Source of the DNA: a virus
Lineage: Duplodnaviria; Caudoviricetes
Reading direction: 5' to 3' (one strand)
IMG/VR virus record: IMGVR_UViG_3300037755_000562
Location: 1 to 39,686 of that record
Length of the DNA: 39,686 bases
Positions 28,243-37,310 of this stretch are shown here, one piece after another (the stretch's first letter is position 1; each line of letters starts with the position of its first letter). Position numbers and translations under genes: made by a program. Under the pieces are notes generated by a model, which did not search any database, had not been told where the DNA came from, and saw only the letters and a program-made list of their open reading frames with translations.

Positions 28243-28761
28243 GTGTCGCTAGCCCAGCAAAGATCGGTAGATATTGCACGCAGGGAGCTACACGTGATGG
28301 GCCTCCGCGGGTATCGCGTGTTCTTGGTATGGCAGAAACGCGGCGTCAACGGGGCTTACGAGGATGTACGCAAGATCGAGCTAATGCCGGTGAACGCGCA
28401 GCAAGTCCGATCCGTGGGGTGGCGCAGCGGGCCGTCCGGCATGCACTCAGACGGCGCGCTGCAGCTCACGGAGGTTTCCCCTGCACAGGTATCGGAGCAT
28501 GACTTGTTAGGGCACGTGGACGGCGTGGACCCGCCTGACGGCGTGGAATTCTTCGTGGAGATCGTGCGCTATGCACGGTGCGCGGGCGACCGCCCCATCC
28601 CGCAGCGGTATACCCCGTCGGGGCTTCCCGAGTATGACGCCGAGAACTACCAGTGGGTTATGAACGTCACCACACAGCAGAATCCCAGGACGGAAGACGG
28701 TGAGGATCAGACGCTAACGACTAAGCCCGGACCACGCAGAAAGCCCAGCCTAAGAATTTAG
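28243..28761 (+). CDS. putative head-closure/neck protein
   Basis: Beta-rich 172 aa at end of the head block; TAAGGT 6 nt before GTG. Confidence 0.45.
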   Translation: MSLAQQRSVDIARRELHVMGLRGYRVFLVWQKRGVNGAYEDVRKIELMPVNAQQVRSVGWRSGPSGMHSDGALQLTEVSPAQVSEHDLLGHVDGVDPPDGVEFFVEIVRYARCAGDRPIPQRYTPSGLPEYDAENYQWVMNVTTQQNPRTEDGEDQTLTTKPGPRRKPSLRI

Positions 28762-28776
28762 GCTGGGCTTTCTGCG
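28735..28776. terminator. 19-bp perfect hairpin at the convergence point of the two gene blocks (likely bidirectional terminator)
   Basis: CGCAGAAAGCCCAGCCTAA-GAAT-TTAGGCTGGGCTTTCTGCG. Confidence 0.75.
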
Positions 28777-28793
28777 CGGAGGGTCTGCGCGCA

Positions 28794-29840
28794 CTAGGCC
28801 GGCGTAAAGCACGTGTCGGCCGCGGCGTGCTGCCAGTCGTCGCTGCCCTCGGGCCCTCCCATGGAGCGGTACAACCCAGCGATTTTCACGACTTCCCGCA
28901 GCGACAGAAACCGGAAGCGTTCGGCGTTGTCTTCTACAAACCGTGTGATGGCGCGTAGGTGGACATCGTCCACAATGCCGTAGGGCACTAGCATGTTGCA
29001 CTCTTCTACAACGTGGCGGATTCTGAGCACGATCTCTCGTGTGGTCCCGACGTTCAGGGGCAGATAGAGCGCACGACTCATGACCGCACCCACGTGGGGC
29101 GCCAGTTTGCCGCCCTTTTTGATCACCGCGTCTAGGCACGTATTCAAGATCACGATCAACGACCCCGCGAAGGGGAACGTGTTTGGGATCCCCTCACGGC
29201 GCAGGGCGGCCGACCGTTTCTCCCAAGAGATCTGCCTCAAAGGCTTGCTGTCGGTCGCCGCCTTTAGGATATTTAGGCCGTCCAGGGTATCGAGGATGCT
29301 ATCGGCATCGTCTAAGCATAGTACGCCGCCGTTCTTTACGGACCACAGTTTGGGGATCAACCCCGCGGGGCTTACCGCGCCGGTCACAATCTGAATAGCG
29401 CGGCCTTGTTCTCGGGCAGCCTCGAGCTTTTTGATCGTGGGGTATGACTTGCCGATGCCTCCCGGACCGCTGATGATAAGCGATGGGACGTGCCCGGAGA
29501 TCACGCGGTCCACTAACTGAGCGGCGATCGTGAACCTGCGCCGGATTCGGGATAGCGTTTGCTCTTCCGTTTCGCGCCCGTCGGGAGTGATCGTGCCGTG
29601 GATCGCATAGTGCGATTCCGCGGCGAGCTCGGCCACACGACGCGTGTCCACGTGGTGCTCTATGCCGTCGGGGTCACAGTACACCCACCCGTCGGGCTTG
29701 CCGCCTTGGCCGTAGTATTGCCGTGCGCGGTACAGCCCGTTCGCGGCGGAGTACTTGTTATTGCCGGCCGCGTCGGTCCCGTTCGCAGACCATACGAGTG
29801 TCCGTTTTGCAGTGTTCGTTGTTTTTACTTGGGCGCTCAC
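28794..29840 (-). CDS. AAA+/P-loop ATPase
   Basis: Walker A SGPGGIGKS, Walker B VLCLDDAD, ILKAA, sensor-like ILN, SR, SLR. Confidence 0.85.
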   Translation of the reverse strand: MSAQVKTTNTAKRTLVWSANGTDAAGNNKYSAANGLYRARQYYGQGGKPDGWVYCDPDGIEHHVDTRRVAELAAESHYAIHGTITPDGRETEEQTLSRIRRRFTIAAQLVDRVISGHVPSLIISGPGGIGKSYPTIKKLEAAREQGRAIQIVTGAVSPAGLIPKLWSVKNGGVLCLDDADSILDTLDGLNILKAATDSKPLRQISWEKRSAALRREGIPNTFPFAGSLIVILNTCLDAVIKKGGKLAPHVGAVMSRALYLPLNVGTTREIVLRIRHVVEECNMLVPYGIVDDVHLRAITRFVEDNAERFRFLSLREVVKIAGLYRSMGGPEGSDDWQHAAADTCFTPA

Positions 29841-30061
29841 GAGGTGACGCGTTTCTCGCGCTTGTCCCTAAGGAAAGCAGACGCCGCGCGTAGCGCAGTG
29901 CGCACGTTTTCGCGCGCACTGTCCAAGGCCCCGCTGGCCTTGTCACGCTGCTTTTGTCCCCAGTGAAACATGCGCACGTGTAGGTAATCTCGAAAGGCTT
30001 GGTCGTAGTCTTCCCGCGCAAGCCGGATGTTTTCGATGTAGTCTTGGAGTGTTTCGCCCAT
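29837..30061 (-). CDS. hypothetical protein (predicted leaderless)
   Basis: ATG 6 nt after the -10 of repeat promoter P1; GTGA overlap with the ATPase. Confidence 0.65.
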   Translation of the reverse strand: MGETLQDYIENIRLAREDYDQAFRDYLHVRMFHWGQKQRDKASGALDSARENVRTALRAASAFLRDKREKRVTS

Positions 30062-30067
30062 ACTGAT

Positions 30068-30095
30068 ATTGTAGTTCTTAGCTATCGGTTGGCAA
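30068..30095 (-). promoter_or_regulatory. repeat promoter P1
   Basis: TTGCCA-ACCGATAGCTAAGAAC-TACAAT. Confidence 0.8.
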
Positions 30096-30765
30096 GCGCC
30101 CCGGCGTGGCATTCGATCAGAATCTGGACTGCTTTGCGCAGTACGGTATCGGGGTCCTCGGATGCCAGGGCGGCGTATAGGGATGCCTCAGCAGCGGCCC
30201 TGGCGGCGTATAGGGATGCCTCAGCAGCGGCCCTGGCGGCGTATTCGGCGGCGTATTCGGCGTAGGCGGCGGCATCGGCGGCGTTGCTGGCGTTGGCGGC
30301 GGCATCGGCGGCGTTGCTGGCGTAGCGGGCGAATGCGGCGCGGCTAGCGACATTGGAAGCTGCCCTAGCCGCTCTTCCCGCGGATTCCAGGTCTTTGGCA
30401 GATTCGCACGCCACTGCGTGGTCCTCGAGCCCGGCCGCGCGGAGCGCGGTCGGCAGGATCTCACGGATCACGCGAAGTAAGTACTGTCGCGTCCAGCCTT
30501 CCGCCGCTTCTGACTCTGTCAGTAGAGCCAGAGGCAGGCACGCCTTTGTGCGGGCGGCGTCGGAGCTCCAGCCGGCATCGTTCAGTACTTGGCAGGCCCG
30601 GTCAGTGGGACTGTCGCCGTCCGGAAGGTCCGTCCATTCAGGCAGTTCCAGTGCCAAGCAACGCAATTCACGCACGCACACTTTACAGGCGCCTTTGTCG
30701 TGCTTCCCGGCGCGAAGAACGCCGCCGTTTTCGGCCAGTAAGTCTTTGAGTGTTTGGATGTTCAT
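30082..30765 (-). CDS. hypothetical protein, paralog A1 with Ala/Tyr-rich repeat region
   Basis: N-terminal ~130 aa highly similar to 32026..32661. Confidence 0.8.
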   Translation of the reverse strand: MNIQTLKDLLAENGGVLRAGKHDKGACKVCVRELRCLALELPEWTDLPDGDSPTDRACQVLNDAGWSSDAARTKACLPLALLTESEAAEGWTRQYLLRVIREILPTALRAAGLEDHAVACESAKDLESAGRAARAASNVASRAAFARYASNAADAAANASNAADAAAYAEYAAEYAARAAAEASLYAARAAAEASLYAALASEDPDTVLRKAVQILIECHAGALANR

Positions 30766-30772
30766 CGCTGAT

Positions 30773-30800
30773 ACTGTAATCCTTAGTTACAGGTTGGCAA
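30773..30800 (-). promoter_or_regulatory. repeat promoter P2
   Basis: TTGCCA-ACCTGTAACTAAGGAT-TACAGT, 7 nt before ATG 30765. Confidence 0.8.
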
Positions 30801-30824
30801 GGTGAGTTTTTCATCAGGGGCCAA

Positions 30825-31637
30825 TTAGGCGGCCCTGCGCAACTGTACCAAACGAGCCGCGGGGCCGTGTGCCGCGATCTGCACGTGTGCTCGAGCCTTG
30901 GACGATGTGCCGCCGCACGCCCCGCACTTGTCGCATGACAGTTTGTGCCCTGCCTCCGCGCTGGCGGGGCAGACCAGGAAGCCCGGCGCGCGCGGTTCGG
31001 CCTCCGCGGTCACGCTGAACACGCGGTACCCAAAGGCCTCCGCGGCTTCGGCATCGCCGGGACCGTCGCAGCTGGCCATGCACAGATCCGCCAGTGCGAA
31101 GCCCTGTCTCCATTGGTGTGTGTAGCCCATCGCGCCTGACGCCCCGCGCGTGAGGCTTAGCCACACGCTCCGCGGCGCCGCTGCGGGGTCGCCGTAGGAC
31201 CCAAGGCGCACCTTGCGGCCGCTGCCAAGGGCTTCGATCGAAGCATACTTGCGCAAAAGCCGCTGCTTTTGGCGCCGTTCTTTCGGGGGCAGTGCCGCGT
31301 CATGAGGGCGGTGCACGCCCGCATACGCGTCCGACTCAAGCGAAGGGTACTTTCCGCGCTTGTACGCGCGGAAGACACTAAGGGGAGCTTGCCCGACGTT
31401 CACGTAGCAGGATCTGCCCTTCATGGTCCCTGGCACAGTGGATCGGTGCACACAACTGCCGCAGATAGCATAGTCGGCGCCCGATCGGACCGCGTCACGC
31501 GGGTCCACGTCCGCGCGCATGATCCACGTCTGAAGTACATTCTTGGTCTTGCTGTTTTTGCTGGCGCGCACGTAACCGGTCACAATTACGGCGATGGGCG
31601 CGCCGTCTAGCAGGCTGGGGCCTTCATAGATAATCAT
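30825..31637 (-). CDS. Cys-rich phage protein (gp88-like, possibly Fe-S binding)
   Basis: SKNSKT, ICGSCVHR..SCYV, VRLGSYGDP, GYTHQW, ASCD, CPAS..CxxCxxC; family recalled, not searched. Confidence 0.6.
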   Translation of the reverse strand: MIIYEGPSLLDGAPIAVIVTGYVRASKNSKTKNVLQTWIMRADVDPRDAVRSGADYAICGSCVHRSTVPGTMKGRSCYVNVGQAPLSVFRAYKRGKYPSLESDAYAGVHRPHDAALPPKERRQKQRLLRKYASIEALGSGRKVRLGSYGDPAAAPRSVWLSLTRGASGAMGYTHQWRQGFALADLCMASCDGPGDAEAAEAFGYRVFSVTAEAEPRAPGFLVCPASAEAGHKLSCDKCGACGGTSSKARAHVQIAAHGPAARLVQLRRAA

Positions 31638-31744
31638 GCGAACATCCCTTCGACACGGCTTTTGGGGTTTTGCTGTCGGTGTCGCCGCGCTAGGTCGCGT
31701 TCGACGGCGTCAGGGGTGGGTGCGAAAATGCGTTCGTTGCTCAC
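31634..31744 (-). CDS. small hypothetical protein (36 aa; not in ORF track)
   Basis: GTG after AGGGG; ATGA overlap with next gene. Confidence 0.4.
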   Translation of the reverse strand: MSNERIFAPTPDAVERDLARRHRQQNPKSRVEGMFA

Positions 31745-31752
31745 ACCCCTAA

Positions 31753-31783
31753 AGCCCCGTTCCGCTTGCGCGGATACGGGGCT
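31753..31783 (-). other. repeated bulged hairpin H1
   Basis: AGCCCCGT-A-TCCGC-GCAA-GCGGA-ACGGGGCT. Confidence 0.7.
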
Positions 31784-31801
31784 GGCGTGGGGTTAGCGCT
31801 A

Positions 31802-32005
31802 TTACGCGGGGTCGGGATCCTTTTCGCCGTCGAATCCGCGGAATACATAGTCGGGGTGCCTAAGCCCGTTTTCGTTGTCTGGGTTTTCCAGGCTCACCAG
31901 GCCGGATTCGACTAGCCTGGCGGCTTGCAGGCCGTAAAACTGGATCGTTCCGGTGCAAACTTCCCCCCGTGAGATTCCCGTGAAGTATCGTTTTGCGTTT
32001 TTCAT
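31802..32005 (-). CDS. hypothetical protein (predicted leaderless)
   Basis: ATG 6 nt after the -10 of P3. Confidence 0.6.
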   Translation of the reverse strand: MKNAKRYFTGISRGEVCTGTIQFYGLQAARLVESGLVSLENPDNENGLRHPDYVFRGFDGEKDPDPA

Positions 32006-32011
32006 GTGTTC

Positions 32012-32039
32012 AACATAGTCCTTAGTTACAGGTTGGCAA
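32012..32039 (-). promoter_or_regulatory. repeat promoter P3
   Basis: TTGCCA-ACCTGTAACTAAGGAC-TATGTT. Confidence 0.8.
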
Positions 32040-32661
32040 GGGCCCCGGTGTGACATTCGACCAGAATCTGGACTGCTTTGCGCAGTACGGCGTCGGGATC
32101 TTTGGTGGTCTTGGCGGCGTATCTGGCGGCAGCGGCGGCGTCGGGATCTTTGGTGGTCTTGGCGGCGTAGTAGGCGGCGCCAGCGGCCCTGGCGGCGTAT
32201 TCGGCGGCGTATTCGGCGGCGGAGGCAGCGTTGTAGGCCCTGGCCGCGTAGTAGGCACCCTTAGCCGCTCTTCCCGCGGCTTCCAGGTCTTCGGCAGATT
32301 CGCACGCCACTGCGTGGTCCCCGAGCCCGGCCGCGCGGAGCGCGGTCGGCAGGATCTCACGGATCACGCGAAGTAAGTACTGCTGCTCCCAGCCTTCCGC
32401 CGCTTCTGACTCTGTCAGTAGAGCCAGAGGCAGGCACGCATCTGTGCGAGCGGCGTCGGAGCTCCAGTCGGCATCGTTCAGGATCTGGCACGCGCTGTCA
32501 GTGGGACTGTCGCCGTCCGGGCTGTCCGTCCACTTCGGCAGGTCCAGTGCCAAGCAACGCAATTCACGCACGCATACTTTACAGGCGCCTTTGTCGTGCT
32601 TCCCGGCGCGAAGAACGCCGCCGTTTTCGTTCAGGAGGGTTCTGAGTGTTTGGATGTTCAT
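32026..32661 (-). CDS. hypothetical protein, paralog A2 with Ala/Tyr-rich repeat region
   Basis: Paralog of 30082..30765. Confidence 0.8.
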   Translation of the reverse strand: MNIQTLRTLLNENGGVLRAGKHDKGACKVCVRELRCLALDLPKWTDSPDGDSPTDSACQILNDADWSSDAARTDACLPLALLTESEAAEGWEQQYLLRVIREILPTALRAAGLGDHAVACESAEDLEAAGRAAKGAYYAARAYNAASAAEYAAEYAARAAGAAYYAAKTTKDPDAAAAARYAAKTTKDPDAVLRKAVQILVECHTGALANL

Positions 32662-32667
32662 GGTGGT

Positions 32668-32695
32668 ACTGTAGTCCTTAGCTATCGGTTGGCAA
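32668..32695 (-). promoter_or_regulatory. repeat promoter P4
   Basis: TTGCCA-ACCGATAGCTAAGGAC-TACAGT, 6 nt before ATG 32661. Confidence 0.8.
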
Positions 32696-32893
32696 GGGGG
32701 TCGTGTAGGCCAGTACCCGAATAATCGGTGTCAGGCCAGCAAATCGGTCTGGAAGTTGCTCCAAAAGCAACCTACGTGCCGTATCTTCCGTCATGCCGAC
32801 CGCGTAAGGGAATCGAAAGACGGCGTCGTTGTCTCCGCCAGGGTCAATGTCCGCCCAAGCCAGGAAGAGCGCTTGTGGTGGGTAGAATTTCAT
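32678..32893 (-). CDS. hypothetical protein
   Basis: Co-oriented; stop lies inside P4. Confidence 0.55.
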   Translation of the reverse strand: MKFYPPQALFLAWADIDPGGDNDAVFRFPYAVGMTEDTARRLLLEQLPDRFAGLTPIIRVLAYTTPLPTDS

Positions 32894-32906
32894 CGGGCAG
32901 TCCCGA

Positions 32907-33527
32907 TTAGGCGTAAAACCCGGACAAGCGCGGGGCGTTCTTGCCTCTGACGGTTACGCTCACGGACCCGGCCCGGTTGACTTTGAGGTATCCGGAGCTA
33001 GCCAGCGCGGCCACAAACGGATTCGACGCACCATAGGCGCCGAGATTGTGTCGGTCGAACGCGCCCGCGCGGTATCCGGGCCGGTAGCTGCGGATACACT
33101 CGAGTGCCTTGTGCTGGCTTTCGGGGAGATCCCCCGCGGTAGGGATTTGTTCCTGCGGGACCCATTGGGCCAGTGTGGCGGCCGTCATGAGCACGCGTGC
33201 GTGCGTGGGCTTACCCCCACCCTCATGGCCCATCAAGATCGCGTAGTTCGGCGGGATCTGGAATGTGTCATGGCCGTCGTCAACGGCGGATGTAGTGAAA
33301 CCGTTGGAGCCTCCCCAGCATCCGTGCTGGACGGGGGGCGCGAATCCGTCGCGCATGTTGACAACGGCGAGCATGCCGCGCATTCCCTTGCCGGGGGACG
33401 TTGCCCATGATGGCGCGTATTCGTCGCGAATTTGGATCTGTACAGTGGGTTTTGCGAAGCCCATGCGAGTCAGTGCGCTTTGCAACGGCGAAGGCAGGAT
33501 TTTGGTGGGTACGTGTACGTTTTTCAT
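32907..33527 (-). CDS. hypothetical protein (possible C-terminal winged helix)
   Basis: Clean 206 aa ORF; LASSGYLKVNRAGSVSVTVRG wing-like end. Confidence 0.7.
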   Translation of the reverse strand: MKNVHVPTKILPSPLQSALTRMGFAKPTVQIQIRDEYAPSWATSPGKGMRGMLAVVNMRDGFAPPVQHGCWGGSNGFTTSAVDDGHDTFQIPPNYAILMGHEGGGKPTHARVLMTAATLAQWVPQEQIPTAGDLPESQHKALECIRSYRPGYRAGAFDRHNLGAYGASNPFVAALASSGYLKVNRAGSVSVTVRGKNAPRLSGFYA

Positions 33528-33546
33528 CGGGTGTTCTCACTGTCTT

Positions 33547-33577
33547 AGCCCCGTTCCGATCGTGCGGATACGGGGCT
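33547..33577 (-). other. repeated bulged hairpin H2
   Basis: AGCCCCGT-A-TCCG-CACGAT-CGGA-ACGGGGCT; same stem as H1. Confidence 0.7.
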
Positions 33578-33609
33578 GGTAAGGCGCGGGTAAGGGGCCC
33601 GTATTTTCA

Positions 33610-34122
33610 TCAGTGGTTGTAAAAGACTGCGATCCCGCGGGGCAAGGTTACTCCGCTCATATCATTAATGAACAGATCCCGCGCATATGCTTCATAGTCA
33701 AAGTAACATGCGAGCTTGCCAAGCTCTAGATCCTCCAGATCCGCGGCGTAGGCCTCGCGGCTGTCGTAGACCCCGCAAAAATGTTCGTTGACAGCTTCCG
33801 TTGCGCACACTACGTCGCTGTAAAAATCGAGCACACAACGGGCATCGCTCAGGCTCAGCTCGCGATCCTCGCAAAGCGCGTAAAACTCGAGGATGGCCAC
33901 GATCTCGCCAACCTGAGTGTTCTCGCGCACGCTGTCCGGCAAACCCTCGTGGTCATGGATCGCGTACTCTACCGCGCCGGGTTCGGGGCTGTTTTCGAGC
34001 ATATCGTCGATCTCATCCTGGATGTCGCTGGCGTCCAGCCCATCCAAGTCGATCCAAGTGCCGTGCAGTTTGCCGGCGTTGTAGGATGCCAAGCAAGCGA
34101 CGTAGATTCGGGGTTCGTCCAT
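33610..34122 (-). CDS. ardA: ArdA antirestriction protein (DNA mimic)
   Basis: RIYVACLASYNAGKLHGTWID, EYAIHDHEG, YFDYEAYARDLF; strongly acidic. Confidence 0.93.
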   Translation of the reverse strand: MDEPRIYVACLASYNAGKLHGTWIDLDGLDASDIQDEIDDMLENSPEPGAVEYAIHDHEGLPDSVRENTQVGEIVAILEFYALCEDRELSLSDARCVLDFYSDVVCATEAVNEHFCGVYDSREAYAADLEDLELGKLACYFDYEAYARDLFINDMSGVTLPRGIAVFYNH

Positions 34123-34128
34123 GTGTTC

Positions 34129-34156
34129 AACATAGTCCTTAGCTAGGGTTTGGCAA
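34129..34156 (-). promoter_or_regulatory. repeat promoter P5
   Basis: TTGCCA-AACCCTAGCTAAGGAC-TATGTT, 6 nt before the ardA ATG. Confidence 0.8.
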
Positions 34157-34260
34157 GGGGCCCGCGCCGAATTTTTGAACGGCGGAGGGCAATTAGGCGG
34201 TCGGAATTTTGAACGGGTGGGCCGCAATTAGGTAGTCTCCCGCGTAACCCGCGGGAGACT

Positions 34261-34362
34261 ACCTACCTATACCTACCTATACCTACCTATACTTACATAT
34301 ACTTACATATACTTACATATACTTACATATACTTACATATACTTACATATACTTACATATAC

Positions 34363-34386
<24 letters not shown>
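34261..34386. repeat. 10-bp tandem array: (ACCTACCTAT)x3 then (ACTTACATAT)x9 plus partial
   Basis: Read directly. Confidence 0.97.
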
Positions 34387-34794
<408 letters not shown>

Positions 34795-34830
34795 GGTCTC
34801 GTTCTCCTGTGGGTGTTGGGTGGGGTGGGG

Positions 34831-35115
34831 TTAGGTGGGGCCCGGCGGGGCCCCCAGTGTCTCTGCCGCGGCGGCCTCTTCGACCAACCGCGCAGCGAGT
34901 GCCCGCGCGGCGTGGACAGACAGACGCACGACCACGCCCGGGTGAGAGATGCCGTACGCGTCGAACTCTGAAATCGCGACGGCGACCCCGGTGTCGCCGC
35001 TGAGTACGCGATACTCCGCCGACGCCGATCCGCTGACGTCCTTGTGCTTCGGGTGCCGCTTCAGGGTGGCCCGGGCGCTCTCGTGGATGGTGCGGGTCGT
35101 GGTGGTCTGCGTCAT
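34831..35115 (-). CDS. hypothetical protein
   Basis: CAGGAGA RBS. Confidence 0.6.
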   Translation of the reverse strand: MTQTTTTRTIHESARATLKRHPKHKDVSGSASAEYRVLSGDTGVAVAISEFDAYGISHPGVVVRLSVHAARALAARLVEEAAAAETLGAPPGPT

Positions 35116-35187
35116 GGTCTCGTGTCTCCTGTCTCCTGTGGGTTCGGGGTGGGCTGCGGTCCTGTGGGTGTTGGGTGTTGGGTGGAG

Positions 35188-35871
35188 CTAAGCGTGGGAC
35201 TCGATCCACTCCCGGGACGCGTCGTCCGCGTCGCGGTACGTCACAGACGTGAGCCCCTGCTCACCGGTATCGCTGCGCTGCGCCCACGTGTCGGTCACGC
35301 GGTAGCGCCCGCAATGCCGACAGACTTCCGTGATGATCACGCCGCCCCCGCTGCCCCACACGCCAGGGTTCTCCTCGAGGCCCCCGACGACCTCGTACGG
35401 GGAGCACCAATCGTGCTCGTGCTCGTCGTCGCAGCCGGGCTCGTCGGGCTCGATCTCGACCGTGTGGCGCTCGCGGTCCACCTTGACCTCCTCGAGGTAA
35501 GGTGCGTCGCCAGGTGCCGGCGGATCATAATCGTCGTCGTCGCAGCGCCGGAGCACGAGCGCCACGCGCCACGCGTAGACGTCGATCCAGATCGTCGAGT
35601 CGCTATCTTCCCAGCCTCCGTCGGCGACATACTCGCGGGCCGCCGACGCGGCGGAAGTGGCGTGGGGGTACTCGACATCCGCGTTGCCGTCGTCGGCGGT
35701 CCAGCCGGGCAGCAGGATCGCGAGGCCGTCCCAACTCGTGTCGTCGCTGTGAGAGTCGTCGACGGTGCTGAGCCCGAGGTCCGCGGCGACGACCGCAGGG
35801 TCCTCACCAGCGGTCAGCCGCTTCTCGATGATCTGGCGGAGATCTTGGGGAGGGGAATCTTGGAGGTCCAT
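35188..35871 (-). CDS. acidic hypothetical protein with H..CxxC (predicted leaderless)
   Basis: ATG 6 nt after the -10 of P6; HDWCSP..GGLEENPGVWGSGGG..CRHCG. Confidence 0.7.
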   Translation of the reverse strand: MDLQDSPPQDLRQIIEKRLTAGEDPAVVAADLGLSTVDDSHSDDTSWDGLAILLPGWTADDGNADVEYPHATSAASAAREYVADGGWEDSDSTIWIDVYAWRVALVLRRCDDDDYDPPAPGDAPYLEEVKVDRERHTVEIEPDEPGCDDEHEHDWCSPYEVVGGLEENPGVWGSGGGVIITEVCRHCGRYRVTDTWAQRSDTGEQGLTSVTYRDADDASREWIESHA

Positions 35872-35877
35872 GTGTTC

Positions 35878-35905
35878 AACATAGTCCTTAGCTAGGGTTT
35901 GGCAA
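35878..35905 (-). promoter_or_regulatory. repeat promoter P6
   Basis: Identical to P5. Confidence 0.8.
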
Positions 35906-36008
35906 GGCCCAGGGCGCCGAATTTTTGAACGGCGGAGGGCAATTAGGCGGCGGAAATTAGAACGGGTGGGCCGCAATTAGGTAGTCTCCCGCGTAACCCG
36001 CGGGAGAC

Positions 36009-36143
36009 TACATATACTTACATATACTTACATATACTTACATATACTTACATATACTTACATATACTTACATATACTTACATATACTTACATATACTTA
36101 CATATACTTACATATACTTACATATACTTACATATACTTACAT
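36009..36143. repeat. 10-bp tandem array (CATATACTTA)x13 plus partials
   Basis: Read directly. Confidence 0.97.
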
Positions 36144-36406
36144 TGTGCTCGAGTGTGCTGGCCTGGTAGGCCATGGGTCAGGCGATCCTGCCTTGGGAAT
36201 CGGCCCGGACCATGATCCGATCGTGGACCGAGGCGTCGGGATCTTCGTCGTATGCGTCGCCTGCAGCTTCGCCGCCGTAGCATACGGCGGCCGCGCGTGA
36301 CCAGCACACTACGTCGATCGTGACGGGCTGGCCTGTACAGGCGGACACCCAGCGCGTGGGACGCGGCAGTGTCGTTGTGTGCGGGGGATCTGGTGTCTGG
36401 GTCCAT
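36128..36406 (-). CDS. Arg-rich hypothetical protein
   Basis: ATG shortly after upstream stop; ends within the array; could be spurious. Confidence 0.35.
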   Translation of the reverse strand: MDPDTRSPAHNDTAASHALGVRLYRPARHDRRSVLVTRGRRMLRRRSCRRRIRRRSRRLGPRSDHGPGRFPRQDRLTHGLPGQHTRAQCKYM

Positions 36407-36414
36407 GGGGGGTC

Positions 36415-36615
36415 TCAGTACCCCAGCCAAGACAAGATCGACCACGCACAGACGCGCTCGCGGCCGATGATCTCGCTCGCGAGCACATCCTGGGTGTGGG
36501 CGTCGTCCGCGGCAAAGCCGTGTTCGGCGAGTACTCGCAGCGCGTAGCGTGGCGTCCAGTAGACGAGATCCTCGCCGTCGTTATAGGCGTCGTAGATTTG
36601 ATCCGCAGTGCACAT
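36415..36615 (-). CDS. hypothetical protein
   Basis: AGGAGAG RBS. Confidence 0.65.
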   Translation of the reverse strand: MCTADQIYDAYNDGEDLVYWTPRYALRVLAEHGFAADDAHTQDVLASEIIGRERVCAWSILSWLGY

Positions 36616-36638
36616 GTTCGTTCTCTCCTACTGCCTAA

Positions 36639-36663
36639 GGCCCGACCCTTGCGGGTACGGGCC
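36639..36663 (-). other. bulged GCAA hairpin H3
   Basis: GGCCCG-T-ACCC-GCAA-GGGT-CGGGCC. Confidence 0.55.
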
Positions 36664-36701
36664 GGGCCTTAGGTGCGCGTCCAGGGTCACAGTGGGCCGG
36701 G

Positions 36702-36941
36702 TCATGAGACCCGGCGGAGATCCTCGGGGTCGTACTCGGGATCGCCCTCGACGACGCCGTCCGGCACTGTGTCTCCGAGATACAGGCGGGTGCCGGCCAC
36801 GTCACGGGCCACAGTACGCGGTGCCCGCCCGTCGTCGGGGCAGGGCCGGCCCTGGGCCTTGCGGCGTGATCGGTACACTGCGCGTTCGTGGGCGGCCGTG
36901 GCGGCCGCCACCCGCATGTCAGTGCGCGTGGTGTCGGACAC
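36702..36941 (-). CDS. hypothetical protein
   Basis: GTG overlapping the upstream TAG (TAGTG). Confidence 0.45.
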   Translation of the reverse strand: MSDTTRTDMRVAAATAAHERAVYRSRRKAQGRPCPDDGRAPRTVARDVAGTRLYLGDTVPDGVVEGDPEYDPEDLRRVS

Positions 36942-37063
36942 TACAGCCACCCGCCCATCATCGACGCGAAGGTGCCCAGGATCGTGGCGTAGATCAGCAC
37001 GAGACCCACGACGGTGGCGGCGGTGTTGGCAGGGTTGGCGTTGGTGAGGGTTTCGGTGTTCAT
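36941..37063 (-). CDS. small single-TM protein (40 aa; not in ORF track)
   Basis: MNTETLTNANPANTAATVVGLVLIYATILGTFASMTGGWL; first ORF after a sigma54-like site. Confidence 0.5.
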   Translation of the reverse strand: MNTETLTNANPANTAATVVGLVLIYATILGTFASMMGGWL

Positions 37064-37079
37064 CTTGTCTCACTGAGTA

Positions 37080-37095
37080 TGCACGGGGCAGGCCA
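37080..37095 (-). promoter_or_regulatory. sigma54-type -24/-12 promoter
   Basis: TGGCCTGCCCCGTGCA (GG-N10-GC) at the edge of a gene-free gap. Confidence 0.5.
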
Positions 37096-37127
37096 TACGT
37101 GAATTCAGGTACTTACAGGCCCCGCTA

Positions 37128-37231
37128 TGACACGGATGTCGCGGTCAAAAAGTGCAGATCCGTCTAAGTAGCCGAATTCGGGTCGGTTCTCGATGCGTGA
37201 CATAAATGTCGCGGTATGACAGCAGTGTCAT
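37128..37231. promoter_or_regulatory. three TGACA-N4-TGTC(A/G) palindromes (operator/enhancer-like)
   Basis: At 37128-37141, 37198-37211 and 37217-37230. Confidence 0.6.
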
Positions 37232-37310
37232 GTCAGCTGATGTAGGTGCCGATCTGGTAGGCGTCGCCGTCGTCAGACGCCCCCGTGCTGCCTACGTGCC
37301 GTGATAGTCT

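Larger units (their letters stand above)
35868..36143. repeat. duplicated non-coding module, copy 2
   Basis: Near-identical to 34119..34386; palindrome at 35981-36011. Confidence 0.92.

Noticed and set aside
28794-29840. ATPase as the sigma54 activator
   Set aside because: No GAFTGA loop or GESGTGKE Walker A.
30082-32661. Paralog pair as DGR template/variable repeats
   Set aside because: Differences include indels and duplications rather than adenine-specific changes, and no reverse transcriptase is present.
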